From: Oligoflexales bacterium
Lineage (GTDB): Bacteria; Bdellovibrionota_B; Oligoflexia; Oligoflexales; RGVZ01
Length of the DNA: 64,000 nucleotides
Direction of reading: 5' to 3'
NCBI GenBank assembly: GCA_947494335.1
Contig: CANLUT010000007.1
Span: 2,037-66,036, forward strand
The translations under genes were made by a program, and so were the position numbers. The notes under the pieces are model-generated. The model saw nothing but the letters and a program-made list of their open reading frames with translations, was not told where the DNA came from and did not search any database. Shown in pieces: positions 61,633 through 64,000 of this stretch (its first letter is position 1; the number at the start of each line of letters is the position of its first letter).

Positions 61633-63435
61633 GTGCAAGATCCTAAATATATTAGAAATTTTTGTATCGTGGCTCATATTGACCATGGAAAATCGACTCT
61701 TGCCGACCGCCTGATCGAATATACCGGCACGCTATCCAACCGCGAGATGACCAATCAGGTCCTCGACTCCATGGATTTGGAGCGCGAGCGGGGCATAACC
61801 ATCAAGGCCCAAACCTGCTGCATGCGCTACAAAGCTAAAGACGGCAAAGTGTATCAGCTAAACCTGATCGACACCCCAGGTCACGTTGATTTCTCGTATG
61901 AAGTATCGCGAAGCTTATCAGCCTGTGAGGGCGCTCTTGTCATTGTTGACGCTAGTCAAGGCGTGGAAGCTCAGACAGTGGCTAACGTCCAACTTGCCAT
62001 GCGCAACAATCTGGCGTTGATTCCTGTCATCAATAAAATTGATTTACCATCTGCCGACCCTGATCGTGTAGCCCAAGAAATTGAAGACGAACTAGCTATC
62101 GATGCTCTTGAGGCGGTGAAATGTTCTGCTAAAGCTGGAATTGGTATTCAAGACGTGCTTGAAGCTGTAGTTACAAGAATTCCTCCGCCAGCAGACAATA
62201 ATAACGAACGCCTGCGGGCATTGATTTTTGATAGTTGGTTTGACCCTTATTTGGGAGCTGTCTCGCTTATACGAGTGAAGGACGGCGTCATCAAAAAAGG
62301 CCAGAGGATGCAGATGATGTCCACTGGCAAGTCTTACGAAGTCCTAAAAATCGGAAAACTCATGCCGAAAGGCGTCGAAGTCGAGTCACTTTCTTGCGGC
62401 GAGGTAGGATTTGTTGCTGGCTCCATTAAAGCTGTTGCTGACACCCGCGTCGGTGACTCCATTACTGATTCCGTGAAACCTGCTTCATCACCACTAGCTG
62501 GATTTCAACCGGCAAAACAAATGGTCTTTGGTGGTATCTTCCCTGTGGAGTCTAGTGATTACCCAGTTTTAAAAGATAGCCTAGAGAAGCTCACCCTCAA
62601 TGATTCCAGTTTGACCTATGAAGTGGAAAGCTCTAATGCCCTCGGCTTTGGTTTCCGCGTCGGGTTTTTGGGTCTTTTACATATGGATATTATTCAGGAG
62701 CGTCTTGAGCGGGAATACAATCTTGACCTCATTTTTACGGCACCGACGGTGGTTTACAAAGTTCACACGCTAGAGGGCGAGATGCTGGAAATCGAAAATC
62801 CAGCTAAGCTTCCCGACCCGACAAAGATTGCAACCTTCGAAGAACCATATGTAACGATGACCATTCATACGCCCGAAGAATATCTCGGCGTATTACTGAA
62901 ACTGTTGCAAGAGCGTCGTGGCGTACAAAAAGCGATGGACTATACGACGTCAAAGAGAGTTCGATTGACTTATGAAATTCCAATGAACGAAATGATCTTT
63001 GACTTTCACGACAAGCTTAAATCCATGTCGCGCGGCTATGCTTCGATGGACTATGAACTTCTAGATTACCGCGAAGGTGATCTGGTCAAGCTTGATATTC
63101 TTGTTAACGCTGAGCCAGTTGATGCTCTTTCATGTATTGTACACCGTAGCTACGCAGCGAACCGCGGACGTCAGCTTTGCGAAAAATTGAAAGAATTACT
63201 GCCAAGGCAGATGTTCCAAATTGCCATTCAAGCTGCCATAGGTAGTAAAGTTGTGGCACGCGAAACAATTTCTGCTCTTAGAAAAGACGTGACGGCCAAA
63301 TGTTACGGTGGTGACATTTCCCGTAAACGCAAGCTTCTTGAAAAACAAAAAGAAGGTAAAAAACGCATGAAGCAGATTGGGTCTGTAGAGATTCCGCAAT
63401 CTGCATTTACGGCGATCTTAAAGCTTGATAGCTAG
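61633..63435 (+). CDS. lepA: Translation elongation factor 4
   Basis: [53 protein letters not shown]; GTG 61633. Confidence 0.97.
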   Translation: MQDPKYIRNFCIVAHIDHGKSTLADRLIEYTGTLSNREMTNQVLDSMDLERERGITIKAQTCCMRYKAKDGKVYQLNLIDTPGHVDFSYEVSRSLSACEGALVIVDASQGVEAQTVANVQLAMRNNLALIPVINKIDLPSADPDRVAQEIEDELAIDALEAVKCSAKAGIGIQDVLEAVVTRIPPPADNNNERLRALIFDSWFDPYLGAVSLIRVKDGVIKKGQRMQMMSTGKSYEVLKIGKLMPKGVEVESLSCGEVGFVAGSIKAVADTRVGDSITDSVKPASSPLAGFQPAKQMVFGGIFPVESSDYPVLKDSLEKLTLNDSSLTYEVESSNALGFGFRVGFLGLLHMDIIQERLEREYNLDLIFTAPTVVYKVHTLEGEMLEIENPAKLPDPTKIATFEEPYVTMTIHTPEEYLGVLLKLLQERRGVQKAMDYTTSKRVRLTYEIPMNEMIFDFHDKLKSMSRGYASMDYELLDYREGDLVKLDILVNAEPVDALSCIVHRSYAANRGRQLCEKLKELLPRQMFQIAIQAAIGSKVVARETISALRKDVTAKCYGGDISRKRKLLEKQKEGKKRMKQIGSVEIPQSAFTAILKLDS

Positions 63436-63437
63436 GG

Positions 63438-64000
63438 TTATTTGCAAGGAATCCCGCTGTTTTCAATCGTAAACTTGATGTTAGGACGGTTCGTAGGTGG
63501 CTTTATCCTGAGATACGTATCATGCCACTTTGCATCCGTATTATCATTTGTTTCAACCGTAAAACTTCCATCAGCCGCGTTGGGAATTATGTGCATTCCT
63601 TTACCGTTGATACCACTGTTGTGCTTACTCGAGTTACCACTAGAAATTAAATTCGCTGACTGAGTCGTGAAATTTTGACTGCCGTTTGTTGTCAGGGTGA
63701 GACGTAACGTATTGCAAGTATTCGTCAGGAGCTTCATTTTAACATTGGTTGGAATTACACCTTTGTTGCACCCCAAGTGAACATTTTGACCGCCCCCAAC
63801 AAGCTCCGCAGAAAGGCAGTTTGTCCAAGCGGCACTGTCACCCAATCTATCGATTGTCAACTCCGCATCAACCAACTCCACTTTCCCACCATCGTCAGTA
63901 TTTAATCCGCTACCATTCGGCTTGGTTGCATCACCACCTGTTGGGTTATTAGACGTATTTGGTTTACCTGGCTTACCTTTTTTATATGTACCCGCCGAAC
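63438..64000 (-). CDS. Hypothetical protein, 5' end outside the window
   Basis: Frame of ORF 63438-63881 stays open to the window edge through a G/P/N/K-rich linker. Confidence 0.65.
   Translation of the reverse strand, partial: SAGTYKKGKPGKPNTSNNPTGGDATKPNGSGLNTDDGGKVELVDAELTIDRLGDSAAWTNCLSAELVGGGQNVHLGCNKGVIPTNVKMKLLTNTCNTLRLTLTTNGSQNFTTQSANLISSGNSSKHNSGINGKGMHIIPNAADGSFTVETNDNTDAKWHDTYLRIKPPTNRPNIKFTIENSGIPCK

Overview
A gene-dense (~47% GC by eye) chromosomal window with no tRNA/rRNA, CRISPR array, integrase or transposase that I can see. The gene content suggests Bdellovibrionota/Oligoflexia or a related 'deltaproteobacterial' lineage (inference): an MXAN_5808-like S41 protease, a fused nuoCD, many exported hypothetical proteins and frequent sigma28-like promoters. 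Housekeeping genes include gpmI (partial), mazG, rnhA, rpsT, speE, pepP, HU, nuoCD-E-F-G-I, aspS, miaB, ffh, ridA, lgt, ruvC, hemB, lolC/E, dnaJ, panB, murB, uvrA and lepA. The most unusual items are: (1) a lone T4 gp19/eCIS-like tail-tube homologue that has an N-terminal export signal, appears to lack the stacking hairpin, lies behind a sigma28-like promoter and heads an apparent operon with a Cys-rich lipoprotein and an M14-like peptidase; (2) an unannotated ~185-nt promoter-to-terminator structured RNA carrying a near-maximal Shine-Dalgarno and its own internal complement; (3) a consensus sigma54 promoter with no annotated gene downstream; (4) six sigma28-like promoters in front of non-flagellar envelope genes; (5) a possible Rep/TrfA-like winged-helix protein next to HU; (6) a split complex I locus and a split PuuD/cytochrome c pair. 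All family calls come from motif recognition by eye, not database searches, and start codons are my best estimates.
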